The position numbers and the translations under genes were made by a program. From Octopus vulgaris (taxonomy: Eukaryota), in NCBI GenBank assembly GCA_951406725.2, contig OX597821.1, forward strand, positions 95,542,001-95,606,000: DNA of 64,000 nucleotides. The letters run 5' to 3'. Below the pieces are notes generated by a model that had not been told where the DNA came from, made no database searches, and saw only the letters and a program-made list of their open reading frames with translations. Positions within the stretch are counted from its first letter, which is position 1. The number at the start of each line of letters is the position of its first letter. Below are positions 11,516 through 25,248 of this stretch, piece by piece.

Positions 11516-12797
11516 CTCTACAGTATGTACTGAGTGAATTTTATTGTGGCACCAGTATTAGAGAAGGTTGCCATGTCCTAGACAATAATACTAAAATGTC
11601 CCCATAACCACTTTACAGTTCTGGTTGGAGTTACAGTGGTACCAACACAAACAGGGACGCCTTATACCCTGTATGATTGGAGAGTCCTTGCTGCTCTATA
11701 ACATGTTCATTCACTCAGCGACTATGTAATTAGGAGCTGAATAGACAAAAACAGCTGTGAAAGAACTAGGATGGGTGAGGAGAGAACAAGTGTGTGACAG
11801 TACACGGAATGATTGAGATGAGAGAATGATGAATGGTAAGAAGTGGTATAAAATGTGAAAGAGGCTTTAAAACAAGACATTTCGTTGAAGCAATGAATCA
11901 GATGTAGAAAGTGACATTGTAATAAAATGCGAATTCACAAAAATTACAACATCAGGAAGGTAACAAATGTCAGGTGGACTCAATATTGATGAAAGTGTTG
12001 ATGGTTAGTGGATCATTACATGGTAGAAATATTTCTTTGAGCTTTCAACAAAATCACTACAAGTATTTCTAACTTCTATGAAACTGTAAAAGAAGACAAG
12101 ACAATATGTTTTGATCCAGGCTGTTTCAAAGAATCCAAGGGAGATGAGTTGTCACCAGAAACCTTGACAAACATCTGCAGTTTAGGTTGTTTTTTTTTTC
12201 TCTAGTTTCAGCTCAGAGCTGCGGCCATGCTGATGCACCGCCGTTGGATGAAAGGCTAAGTCAACCTCGGCGGAATTTGAACTCAGAATGTAAAGACAGA
12301 CAAAATACCGCTAAGCATTTCACCCGGCGTGCTAACGATTCTGCCAACTCGCCGCCTTTTGGAGAAGATCTTAATAGCAGTCTTTTATCCTAAACTTTGA
12401 CCACTTTCCAAAAACTTTGAATGGTGAACTTACAACAGACCCTTAGAATCACAACTGCACATACTTCAAATTCAATATAAATTCCAGTTCGCGTTTTATG
12501 CTTGGAACATCATGTAAGATATGTCTGGTTTGTTGTTTCCTTCAAATTTGTTCTTAGCTTATAAATATTTTTTAAGCCAGTTATTCACCCAAGTCAGTTG
12601 CAAATGAGTATTCATTAAGAATACTAAAACTCCTATTACACTCCATTCAATCAAATGAAATACTCAAAACTTTTATGTTGATGTACAACAAAAAAGATTT
12701 ACTTGCTGAGATTTCGGTGGATAATATTGTTCCTTTTCTCATGAGAAACTCAACACAATTTTCTCAGTTGTTTGCTATCTAGGTGATTTATACTTAA

Positions 12798-13095
12798 CTA
12801 GCAGTATCGCCCGGCGTTGCTCGGGTTTGTAAGGGAAATAACTATATAAGCATTTTTAGAGAGTTACTTCCCTTATATAATAGCAAAAAAAATGCATTAA
12901 AAATGGGGAAAAATTATGGTAAATTTTTTTTTAAATCATAGACTCATCGTAGACGTGCGCTAATACCCAGAAGGGCTCGATATGAATCACGACTATAAGA
13001 TACCCGCTTTTGGTTAAACTGCACCGCAAAATGTGGTAGTAGTTAGGAATCTAAATCGTAGGAGACAGACACAACTTCACTTTTATATATAAAGA
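12798..13095 (-). mobile_element. Non-autonomous Helitron
   Basis: Minus strand begins A|TCTTTATATATAAAAG and ends with the hairpin CCCGAGCAACGCCGGG followed by CTAG|T, inserted between A and T. A second copy lies at 52351. Confidence 0.82.
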
Positions 13096-16000
13096 TAACA
13101 TACATGGAATGTTTGTTTTATAATTAAGATTTTAATTTACATAGTATCTATTTGTTCATTAAATGTTGGTTTTTGTTTTGTTTTTACCCAAGCAAGCAAG
13201 AATTTAGATGGAGACATACATAAGGCAGGATTTAACAGCTGGGTGCTTTTCCTGTTGCTAACCTTTGACTATTTTTTCAAGTAGGTGCTTATATATATAT
13301 ATTTTTTTATTAATGGAGATCTCTGACACTGCAGAGCAACTGATCATAATATCAAGAAATGTTAACATCATCATCATCTCACTTAAATGGGGGCAAAAGT
13401 GGAATGTCAACATTCACACATATTCTCACACACACACATAATGAACTTCCTGCAGACCTAGATACACTGTCTGAAAAAAGAGGAGACGGTCAGGGCTGGA
13501 TCAGAGTTGTTATACATATACAGTAACAACAATAACAGCAGGCATGACTGCATTATTCTACAATACCCTGGGGTATTGTAGAAGACATTCTGAATGAAAA
13601 TGGGAGAACAGAAGCATTATGGAAAGCCCTTAAACTGTACTTGTTCCTGTATAGTAGACTTAATCCATCGCCTGCTTTAACACTGACACTTGGTCCTTAG
13701 TGGAGTCCATTCTGTTGTTGCAAGCATTCAAGCTAGGTTTCTGGGCTGAAAATAACTCCACCTCTTCCTACCAGTCTCGGACCCCATGCATAAAATCATG
13801 GACACTACCCTTCTACCTATGACACAAACCTTAAGATTATGGAATGGTGAAACTTGAAGCAAATAAAGCTATAAATAATATCATTCGACTTTCACAATCC
13901 AAAAGGATTTTTTTAAACCTAATATTTACACACTATAGGTGCAGGTGTGGCTGCATGGTAAGAAGTTTGCTTCCCAACCACATGGTTCTGGGTTCAGACC
14001 CACTGTGTGACACCTTGAGCAAATGTTTTCGACTATAATCTCAGGCTGACCAAAGCCTTGTGAATGAATTTGATAGATGGAAACTGAAAGAAGCCTGTGT
14101 GCATCTTTGTGTCTGTTTATCTTCCACTACTGCTTTACAACTGGTGTTGGTGAGTTTACATCCCCATAATTTAGCAGTTGGGTAAAAAGAAACCAATAGG
14201 ATAGGCACTAAGCTTAAAAAAATAAATAAATAAGTACCAGGGTCAATTCACTTGACTAAACTTCAAGGTGGTGTGCCAACATGGCTGCAGTCTAATGATT
14301 GAAACAAGTAAAAAAGCTAAAAGCTTAAAAACTATGATTTATAACTTTACCTGCTTCAAGTTTCACCATTCCAAAAACAGAATTATTTCATGTTTTCTCA
14401 AAGTTTACAAATTCTTATGATGTTTCAACATTTTATTTAGTTTTTTTTTTTTTTTTTTTTTTTTATTTTTTTTTTAATTTTTTTTTTTAATTAGCCCTAT
14501 TTCATCATCAAAGGTTAAATTTTGATTTCCTAAATGCCATGTTTCTAACACTACTAACATCTAATTAATTATCTTATAACCAAGCCTGAAACAAACAAAA
14601 AAAAAAAAAATTAAATAAAATAAAAAGTAAAAATGGTAAAAAGCATAAGTTTGTTCTCCTATTGACGGAATGTGAACAAAAATGTGAAGTAGCATTTCTA
14701 AACTCAGCTGGCAGTTTGAGAATACTTCAATATGTCAAACTATCTCTTCTGATTGTACAACAAGTGCTATGTTTCATTTAAAAGGTTTTAGCCTAAATTC
14801 AATACAGCTAAACTGTGTCATTTCATGTTATATAGAGAAGAGAAAAAGGAAGAAAAAAAAAACAAAAAAGGAACAAAGTTCATTAGTTTATTTCTTTACT
14901 TCCTTTACCCTACTGCCACTACCAATTAACTAACAATACCTGCACGATCTGTGAATTTTCAATATATATATATATATATATATTTTTTTTTTCCTTTTTT
15001 ATGTTTCCATGTTTATTATATGTACTTTTTATGTCTGAATGCGTGCGTGCGCATGAAAGAAAGAGAGAGAGAGAATGTATGTGTTATGCCAGGTAAGTTT
15101 TTATAGCAAACATTTGTTGACTGATTCTATGTGTTAAAATAGTCATATACACACAGGTACAAATAGTACATGTGAGTGTGTATACACATGTGCCTCTATG
15201 TATATATTCTAACTCACTGAAGGTGCAGATTGTTTCATCTACAAATAAAAAGATATATATTACTCTCCAACATGAACTTCCAAACAAACTTACAAATACT
15301 ATATGCATATTAATGAGCGTGTGTCCATGTCTATATACATGTGTGTATTACTGGGTGAGATGTCTTTTTCTCTCATTTTTTTCTTTCTTTTTGTCAGGTA
15401 AATTGTTGTTACTGTTGGATCATCCTTATGGCTAACCATTCAGCTAGAGAGGTAGTTGCAAAACCCATTTCTCTCCAACTACACAAACCAAAGAAAGCAG
15501 AATTAGGTGCCCTGTTCTTTGACAACATTACAGCACTAAGTTTTGAACAAACAATCGTTTAACTCACCAGCTAAACCACTAACATCATCATAATGCAATA
15601 AAGTGTATATAATCATCATCATTTAATATCCGTTTTCCATGCTGGCATGAGTTGGGCAATTTGACAGGAGCTGACCAACTGAAAGAGCTGCCTGAGCTCC
15701 ATATCTATTTTGGCATGGTCTCTACAGTTGGATGCCCTTCCTAACGCCAATCACTTTACAGTGTGTACTGGATGTTTTTACACAGCACTGGCATAGGTGC
15801 ATTTATGTGGCACTAGCACCCATGAGCCTACATGATTCAGAATGCTCAGCTGGAAAGGAATGCAAGGGACAAGCCTGTATGCAACGACAGCCACAACTTT
15901 ACTTAGCTAGACATGACTTCTCAAGCACACACATCAAGCAAGGTAAAATTGTGGTTGTCCTTGCATACAGAATTTTACTTAGCTTGACATGTGTCACCAC

Positions 16001-16264
16001 CATTATTTAAACAACACCTTTCCTTTTTCCATGCTTGCAAATGTTGGAGAGAGTTTGAGGCAGATTTTCTATATAGTATGTCGCATGTACCATTAAATGT
16101 ATGACTACTACTGGTGAGTTTAGAGCTCCATGCAGAATATCATCACCCAATCTACTTTCAATATAGTAACGTGGTTAGTATTGTAGTTAGTAGTTAATGT
16201 TAGTAGTTACCTGGACCCCGTATAGTCACCACCTGAAAACGCTCGAGAAATTTCACCAACGCTG

Positions 16265-16565
16265 TCTTCGGAAGATCCTTAACATCAGCTAACTGGGAGG
16301 AAATGGCAAAAAACAGACCACTCTGGAAAACCACCATCCATAAGGGAACGGCGACTTTCGAGTCGAAAAGGTCTCCAGAGCTGGAGGAGAAAAGACGACG
16401 ACGGAGGGAGCGCCAACAACAACCACGTGCGACTCTCCTTTCCGGCACTAGATGTCTGCACTGCGACCGATCTTTTCAAGCAAGAATTGGTCTTATCGGT
16501 CACCTATGGACTCACCAGTAAATTTGCACGAAGACCATCATCCTTGACCTTGAGGGATTGCTATC
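16265..16565 (+). mobile_element. LINE (RTE-like) ORF C-terminus with C2H2-type motif and short 3' UTR
   Basis: WEEMAKNRPLWKTTIHKG...EEKRRRRRER...CLHCDRSFQARIGLIGHLWTH* (ORF 16303-16521) is a typical LINE C-terminal pattern. Confidence 0.75.
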
Positions 16566-17984
16566 ATATTAGACAGTCAGTAGTTACAACATACAGAGCA
16601 AACGTAGGAGAAACCCAAAATGCAGTTAATATAATTTTTTCCCCTATGCATGCTTCATGCTGTGGTTACTTGCATCTCTGAAGTGGATGTCTGAACCACA
16701 ACAGCTTATCAGTGAAACACTTTATTGCATTATGTTACACATATCTCCCCTATGAACTGTTGTGATCCAACATCCAACTGCAAAGAGAGAACATTCACCG
16801 CTGAGGATGCAAATAACCACAATGGTGAAACATACGAGGGGAACAAATGATGGTCATGCCTTTATCGTAATTTGTACAATATATGTATATCTTTATTATT
16901 TGGGTGTTCACTTTTTCATGGAGTTTATTGAGGCAGATTTCCTACAGCTGGATATCCTTCCTGTCACCATTCCTCACCTGTGTTCAAGCAAGAAAAATTT
17001 CCTCCAAACCTAGACATGTTCTTGTAGAATATTGGAAATGAATGACACTGCTTGTATGACAGTGACAACCATTTTACAATTATCATGCAATGTCAAGACA
17101 AGGAAAAACACACACACATGTATCAAGGCCAAGCACTTTAGGCATGAGCAAACTTTAGGTTAGTTAAAATGTTTGTGACATATTTCAACCTCTAAAGGCA
17201 AATTCACTGTAGTTACCAAGGAAAATAATTCTGTCCATATCTGTCCAGTGTTGCCTCCTGTAGGATTCCCAGATGCATTTCTAGTTCTTTAGGCATTATG
17301 AATGGGAAATACTGAAGAGAGGCAACTCTGGACAAACTTATTAGAGTCATAGTTTTGACTAAAACACAGTCCACATTGACTGAGTTGCACCATTAGACCA
17401 CCAGTGTGGTAAAAATTACAGCAGTATCAGTACCAAGCAGTGTTTAGGCATGAGCAAACTTTAGGTTAGTTAAAATAAATTTGTGACATATTTTAAATTC
17501 TAAAGACAAATATATATTTATATATGTTCATATACAGTGGGTTTCTTTCAATTTCCATCTACTGAATTGGCTCACAAGGCTCTGGTTGGCCTGAGGCTAC
17601 ACACAAGTTTGGTAAGATATCTAAGTTCACATGTAAGGAAAGGTGGAATCTAATGATTCATGCTAGAGTCTTTGAAGAAATTATACATACACACACACAT
17701 ACAATAGATGCAAACAAATATCATTACATCAAAATCATACATCGACACATATACATGCATACATATATACACGCACATGGATAAAGCAAAATGATTAGGT
17801 GTATGAGGAAGAAAACCATAAGTCACGGGTTCACATGCCACTACAGTTATTTCATAATCAATCAGCAAGACAGAATTCAATGTGGCTCAGTTTACTGGGA
17901 TGGAGAATAACAATACATTTACACAAGCATCAATAACTGTCACAATTCATGGATACAAGACGTGGAAAGACAAAAGAAACTCAC

Positions 17985-18164
17985 AGCTTGGGATTCCATT
18001 CTGGAGAAGATAACATTAAGCATCTGAGTGAGCGTGGCCTTGGCTGTTGTCTGGTTGACTAGGTTCTTGCTGGCCAAGTAGATGTTGTAACAGGTACGTA
18101 CTGCTTGTAGAACAGTCCCTTCATGGATCTCACAGTTGTTTGATGTCACTACAGTTAGCAAAGC
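17985..18164 (-). CDS. ARFGEF1: BIG1/BIG2-like coding exon (probable exon 5): [60 protein letters not shown]
   Basis: Acceptor ctcatttag|GCT, donor GCT|gtgagt, 180 nt, phase 0-0. Matches the BIG1 motif [37 protein letters not shown]. Confidence 0.95.
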
Positions 18165-18963
18165 CTAAATGAGACAGCAAGAATGATAGCAATAACAGCA
18201 ATGATAATATTGATAATCATAACATTAGTAGCTGTAATAATTTCTTTTATTTCAAATTTACAATGGAGGACTTGACAAAGAGAAATAATAACCCTTTCTA
18301 CCAAAGGCACAAAGCCTGAAATTTGGAGGGAAGGGGCTATTCGATTACATCAACCCCAGTGTTTCACTGGTACTCAATTTATCAACACTGAAAGGATGAA
18401 AGGCAAAGTTGACCTCGGCAGAATTTGAACTCAGTATGTTGCGATGGGCAAGACACTGCTAAGCATTTCATCCAGTGTGCTAACAATTCTGCCAGCTTGT
18501 CGCCTTACAAAGAGAAATAATAATAACAATAATAATTCTTTCTGCAAAAGGCAAGAGGCTTCAAATTTTGTGAGAAGGGGACAACTGATTACACTGAGCC
18601 CAGTGCTCAATTGAAGAGATGAAAGGCAAAGTCAACCTTGGCAGAATCTGAACTCCCAAAGTAAAGTTGGAAGACACGCTATAAGCATTTTGTCTAGTAA
18701 CTATTCTCTCAACATATCACCTTCAATAATAATAATAATAATGGTTTCAAATTTTGTCACAAGGGCAGTCACAAGGGGATGAGTTGATTACATCGACCCC
18801 AGTGTTTCACTGGTACTCAATTTATCAACACTGAAAGGATGAAAGGCAAAGTTGACCTCGGCAGAATTTGAACTCAGTACGTAGTGATGGGCAAGACACT
18901 TCTAAGCATTTCATCCAGCGTGCTAACAATTCTGCCAGCTCGCTGCCTTAGTAATAATAATAA

Positions 18964-19895
18964 CAACAAGAGCACTCGGAGAGTGCAAGCCTCTGCCAAG
19001 GCAACACCAATGTCCTCTTAACAATTAGCCAGAGATGATTTTTAAAATGAGAATATCTGAAATTAACTCGACTGCTCTCACAAGCGAGAATACTAAAAAT
19101 GAACCTAACTGCTCTCAAAAATTAAGTAAAAAACCCAGAAAAATAATCCAGAATCCTTGTTCGGTACTTGATCGATCCCAATGGTAGTCATGGAATGTGA
19201 AGGTGGCTGTAGAAAATTTAGTAACAGTAATAAATAGTTTATCCTTATCTAATACAAGCCAAAGTTAATAAATTCACTATTCAAAATAGTTTCAAAGGCG
19301 GAGGTAATAATAATAAGTTCTACTCAGGAATTTTTAAATAAATAGCAAGAGACCTTTTGGCTTTCTCTTCTCTTAAATTCCGGCCTTCCTTTATTATTCC
19401 TGTTGTTTTAGATCAATGTATAAATGTATGTATATATGTAAGTATATTGTAAAGTGTTAATAATAACTAATATAAATATGTTATAAAAATATGTTAATGC
19501 TGTTTCATTTCTGAATGGTTTTGCTGCCGTTTGTTTATGTAGTTTGATTTCTTTATCCATCAGTTTCTACTAAGATAGAGACAGGAGTAAAAATTAATAA
19601 TAGAGAAACGAAAATAAAACTTTGGAAACAGCCAAAAGGGAGATAATTGAGAAAGACTTAAAAGTCAACAGAAGATCGTAATCATGTAAAGTAAAGTAAA
19701 TATAACAATTCAGAATCCTTGTCCAGTACCAGATCGATTCCAAAATCTAATCAGTTCGTGCCAGTCACGAGGCCAAACACTCCTGAACCTTTCATCGGAA
19801 TCCATCCAGCAGTATTTGAGATTTTGTCCATGGACAAACAAACAAACAAACATGAGAGAAAACAATACCTCCGCTTTCAATAAAGGCAGAGGTAA
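18964..19895 (-). mobile_element. Helentron-associated (HINE/DINE-1-like) element or two partial copies
   Basis: Minus strand starts with the palindromic TTATTACCTCTGCCTTT..AAAGCGGAGGTA and ends GGCAGAGG, stem-loop GCACTCTCCGAGTGC, CTTGTT. A second start motif lies at about 19296-19311. Confidence 0.55.
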
Positions 19896-21415
19896 TAATG
19901 ATGATGATGATGATGATAATAATAGGTAACTGTCATCCTAGTAGTTGTAGGGGCACCTGGAGCACTAACAAGCAAGTTTGAGATATGTCACAAAAATTAG
20001 AATTGACATGAGAGTAGAATATGCTAAAAAAAAACTGCTCTATCAGGGATAGTGAGGATTTTGAGATTGGTATATGTGTGTTCCACAATACTTAACATTT
20101 CTTATTTCTTTACTGCCCACAAGGGGCTACACACAGAGGGGACAAACAAGAACAGACAAACAGATTAAGTCGATTATATCGACCCCAGTGCGTAACTGGA
20201 ACTTATTTAATCGACCCCGAAAGGATGAAAGGCAAAGTTAACCTTGGCAGAATTTGAACTCAGAACGTAGTAGCAGACGAAATACTGCTAAGCATTTCAC
20301 ACGGCTTGCTAACGTTTCTGCCAGCTCGCCGCCTTAAAAGGCAAATTCACTGCAGTTACCAAGGAAAAAAATTCTGTCCATATCTGTCCAGTGTTGCCTC
20401 CTGTAGGATTCCCAGATGCATTTCTAGCTCTTTAGGCATTATGAATGGGAAATACCAAAGAGAGGCAACTCTGGACAGACTTATTGGAGTCATAACATGT
20501 AAGTACCTAGTCTTATAATTTGTAGAAAGAGACCCTGAGAGACCCTTGACAACAGATTGCAGTCCACTCTCACAGAATTAACTGGAGCAAGTAAGATCGA
20601 GAGCTTTGAGAAGTAAAATCTAATAACAATAACAATAATAATAATAATCTAAACTGATAAATACAAAGATCTGAAAACAGATCTAGTGTTACAATTATTA
20701 CTGCAAAAACAATGCTGAAATTGTGCTACGAATATGGACACTCTTGGTAAAATAACAAAGAAAATGAAATCATGGTTGCAGAAGACTGGACCTGAGATTT
20801 GTATATAGCTACTATAGAAAATGACATAATTAACAACTACAAAAGAAGTCACTAAAAAATTTGGCTGATAAAAAAAAATCTCAAATAGCTCTTTGTCATT
20901 GACTATGATTCAACCTTGGGAGTGTAAAAACTAAGATCTATCTACAATGATGAAAGTTTCTAATTTAAGCACAATATCAACGATTTTAGGGGGAAAGGGG
21001 TTAGTAACTTACGTTGACACCCTTCCCCCCCAGTATTTGATTAGCACTTTATTTTATCAACCTTCAAAGGATGAAAGCCAAATTTGACCTCAGTGAGATT
21101 TGAACTCAGAACAAAGAGCCAAGTAAATTCTGCTAGGTATTTTGTCCAAATCTCCAACAGTTCCACCAATCTAACACAGTAATAATTATTCTACCAGATT
21201 TTGGGATAAGGCCAGTAATTTTTGATGGGTGGGAAAGTGATTACATCAACCCCAGTCTTAAAGGGTAGGATTAAAGACAAAACTGATCCCAGTGGTTTTT
21301 GAACTCAGAACATAAAGGGTCAGAAGAAATGCTGCCAAGCATTTTGACCAATGAGCTAATGATTCTACCAGCTAGCTGCCTTAATGGTAATGCTTTTAGG
21401 AGGTAGGGCTTAGTC

Positions 21416-22950
21416 CAGTGGTTCTCAAACCGTGCGCTATGGCACACTGGTGCATTACAAGATGTAATTAGGTGTGCCTCAAGAAAGTTAAGTTGTATTT
21501 CAAAATATGAAAAATACAAACAGAGATTCACTAGAAAGTTGGTATAGAAATGTCAAAGTGGCAAAAAACTAAATATTAAGTTCTAAACTAAGAAAGAGCG
21601 GTGGATGTGTGTCATTCAATTCATTTAGGTTATTTATAGTATGACAGTGCAATTCAATTTCGAATCTGAAATTTCATAAGGATAAGAACTAAATTAGCAT
21701 AAAACTATCCTTGAAATTGACATCTTATGGACATATTCAGTGCATGACACTGTTTCAGTTTATTTTGGGCGTAGCCTCAGCAGTTGTCATTTCAATAATA
21801 AATGTGAAAAATAAACTATTTAATCTAAATATACAATGTGGAATGAAATCTTTTAATATGTCCTCATGTATCTTAATTTTTTTCATTCATAGGCGCAGGA
21901 GTGGCTGTGTGGTAAGTAGTTTGCTAACCAACCACATGGTTCCGGGTTCAGTCCCACTGCGTGGCATCTTGGGCAAGTATCTTCTGCTATAGCCCCGGGC
22001 CGACCAAAGCCTTGTGAGTGGATTTGGTAGACGGAAACCGAAAGAAGCCTGTCGTATATATGTATATATGTATGTGTGTGTATATGTTTGTGTGTCTGTG
22101 TTTGTCCCCCTAGCATTGCTCGACTAAAGGCGGTGCTCCAGCATGGCCGCAGTCAAATGAGTGAAACAAGTAAAAGAGTAAAGAGTAATATAGTGTCAAG
22201 AATTTTCATCTTTTCAAATAATTTTGAAAAACTTCTCAAAAGAGTCCGATATGTGAAACACTGCCACTTTTCACAGCTCAGAAGTCACTTATCTCAGTCT
22301 CAGTTTGACTGTTAGCAATCTGTGCTCTTTGTGCGATACAATTCATATTAACAGACTAAATTACCCATAAAATGGAAAAGTTTATTAAGAGGAAACATAA
22401 CCATGGTGATTATGAATCTGAAAGTGAACTTTCATCAAAAGCAACTAAGCGTAGTGATAATAATGTGAAAGCTTGACCCAATTGTAAATATAGCAATAGC
22501 TATTTAAAATCTGGGTTTCATTGGACTAGCAACAAAGATAAACCTTTTCTATTGTGTACTGTTTGTGGTGAAAAAATGTCTAATGAAGGCATATTGCTCA
22601 ACAAGTTGGAAAGACATTTTATAACACATCTTCAATGTAAAGATCTGAATTATTTTCGAAGACTACTAGAACAGCAATCTAAACTATTTTGAAAAAAAGG
22701 ATAAATGCTTCTAAAAAGGCTCAAGTTGTGTATATTGAGATAGCTGAAATGATTGCACTACAAACGAAATTGCATACTTTCGCCAAGTCGATTATCTTAT
22801 CCGCTTGTAGAAAGATGGTTAAAACCGTGTTAGGTGATGAAGCTGAGGAAGAAATAAGCAATATTCCGCTCTCAAATAATACAATCCAGAGGAGAATTAT
22901 GGATTTATTTGCTGATATAGAGGAAAATATACAGAACAAACTTCAGAAAG
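21416..22950 (+). mobile_element. hAT (Buster/Charlie, ZBED5/SCAND3-like) left end with degenerate N-terminal transposase; SINE inserted at about 21891-22185
   Basis: Terminus CAGTGGTTCTCAAAC. From 22372 reads MEKFIKRK...YLKSGF...CTVCGEKMSNE...KLERHF (BED-finger-like), then IPLSNNTIQRRI (ORF 22689). Confidence 0.85.
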
Positions 22951-24816
22951 ATGAAAAGCAAAGTCAATCTCAACAGGATAATAATAATAATAAGAAGAAG
23001 AATAATAATATGGAACTTGAAGGCACCTGATTACATAATGAAAATGTAGAATGGATCAAAACAAAACAGAACTGAATAGTACAGAGATAAAGAGTCAATC
23101 ACAATAACTATCAACTGCAGCAGTTGATAGGTATGCTACCAATGCTACCAAATTGGAAAATCCCAGGAGCAGATGGGATCCAAAGATTTTGAAAAAAATG
23201 TCTGAAATCCTCACACACATGGCTCCTTTCAGTGTCCTCCTTACTAAATCCACTCACATGGGTTTCGTTGGCCTGCGGCTAATAGAATTGAACACTTGCC
23301 CATGGTGCCATGCATTGGAATTGAACCTGTTTCTCAGTTACACAGCCACACCAGTGCCTATATTGGCCCCCAGTAATCGACTGGTATTTGTTTTACTAGT
23401 CCCAGAAGTTTGAAAGATTGAGTCCATCATAGAAGTTTCTCAACTCAGATCATAAACAAACACATCTACAGCATTTTGCCAGATGATCTATTGTTACAAT
23501 TATTACTGTAGCACAGCGATTGCTAAAACTGGCATGAGGCCAGATGGTAACATAATGATCCCAGCACATGGATTGATAAGGAGCTTATTGACTCCAGATG
23601 AATGAAATGTAAAGTTAATGATTTAACCAGGCATGATTTGAGCAACAACAACAAAAAATAACAATAATGATTTCTTTACAGCTCTGAAAGCATGTGTAAT
23701 TAAATACTGCAAAGTATCAGTTACTGCAGCTCCACATACGCACAAGGCCAGAGATTTGAGAAGATACATGTCTATTTAATCAACAATTACTTGACTACAA
23801 TAACTTTATCAACCTCAATGGTGAAATCAAAAAAAATCAAACTTGGCAGAATTATAAATTTTATATATACATATGTTCTTCCTCTTCAGCAATTTAATAT
23901 CTACATTTCCAGGCCTGCAAGAGTATGTTGAGGCAGAATTATTCTACAGCCAAATGCCCTTTCTATTACCAATTATCCACTTGTTTCCAAGTGCAGTAAT
24001 AGGTAATAGTGGCCCAGTCCATTGAACAACAAACAACTTGTTTCTTATTCCTTTATTGCCCACAAGGGGCTAAACATAGATGGGACAAACAAGGACAGAT
24101 AATGGGATTAAGTCAATTACATCGATCCCAGTGCGTAACTGGTATTTAATTTATCGACCCCGAAAGGATGAAAGACAACATCGACCTTGGCGGAATTTGA
24201 ACTCAGAACGTAACGGCAGACGAAATACTGCTAAGTATTTCACCCGGCGTGCTAACATTTCTGCCAGCTCGCTGCCTTACACAAACAACTTGTTTCTAAT
24301 TTAGGTATACATATGGGTGAGAAGTAGATTCGGTTCCTATTACATTGACCCAATACTAGATTGGAAGTTTACTCTTACCAACCTTAGAGGGATGAAAGGT
24401 GAAGTTATCTGTGGTAAGATCTAAACTCAAAACAGTAAAGAAATTTCACCAAGATCAACAAAATAATGACAATGTATTTATATTGCTTAGTTCAATTAAG
24501 CAGACTATATAACGTGTTTAATTGTACTGAAACTGTACTGCTGACAGATCTAGAGTATAGGGCAGACAATGGAAACGATGAGATTGATGCTTACAACAAA
24601 GCTATAAATGACAATAAGAAAACTGATAACAGCAACAACAATAGCAACAAGGCCATAGATGTTAAGTGTAATAATGATAGAGATGAAAGATGATGAAGCT
24701 AACAGCATCAAGGGTGGCAGCAACAAAAACCAGGATGAAATGACAGTAACAGAGAGCAGTGAAAACAAGATTCCAGAACATAACAATATTAAGAAGGATG
24801 ATGTTAAAAACAACTA

Positions 24817-25203
24817 TGGAAGGATGGAAGCACTCCGTCGGTTACGACGACGAGGGTTCCGGTTGATCCGAATCAACGGAACAGCCTGCTCGTGAAATTA
24901 ACATGTAAGTGGCTGAGCACTCCACAGACATGTGTACCCTTAACGTAGTTCTCGGGGATATTCAGCGTGACACAGAGTGACAAGGCCGGCCCCTTGAAAT
25001 ACAGGTACAACAGAAACAGGAAGTAAGAGTGAAAGTTGTGGTGAAAGAGTACAGTAGGGATCACCACCATCCCCTGCCGGAGCCTCGTGGAGCTTTAGGT
25101 GTTTCCGCTCAATAAACACTCACAACGCCCGGTCTGGGAATCGAAACCGCGATCCTATGACCGTGAGTCCGCTGCCCTAACCACTGGGCCATTGCGCCTC
25201 CAC
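24817..25203 (-). mobile_element. tRNA-derived SINE, third family, starting about 45 nt into the intron after exon 4
   Basis: Head GGAGGCGCAATGGCCCAGTGGTTAGGGCAGCGG...GGTTTCGATTCC (A/B boxes). Related heads at about 26555-26665 and 52985-53100. Confidence 0.72.
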
Positions 25204-25248
25204 AAAACAACAAGTCTGGTAGCAATGATTCTGTGAAAAACAAGTTAC

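Noticed and set aside
12703-12778. Minus-strand AG...GTAAAT-bounded candidate exon
   Set aside because: Stop codon in phase 0 (ATA GCA AAC AAC TGA) and no similarity to BIG1.
17216-17328. Open minus-strand frame YFPFIMPKELEMHLGILQEATLDRYGQNYFP in the duplicated 157-mer
   Set aside because: It ends in phase 2, incompatible with the phase-0 context, and the second acceptor is absent from the other copy.
24466-24895. N/D/K-rich ORFs and a hydrophobic antisense ORF
   Set aside because: Decayed trinucleotide-type sequence running into a SINE.
25125-25203. tRNA-like A/B-box sequences (also the heads of SINE families A and B)
   Set aside because: They are SINE heads that continue into repeat bodies, with no complete cloverleaf or terminator, so they were not called tRNA genes.
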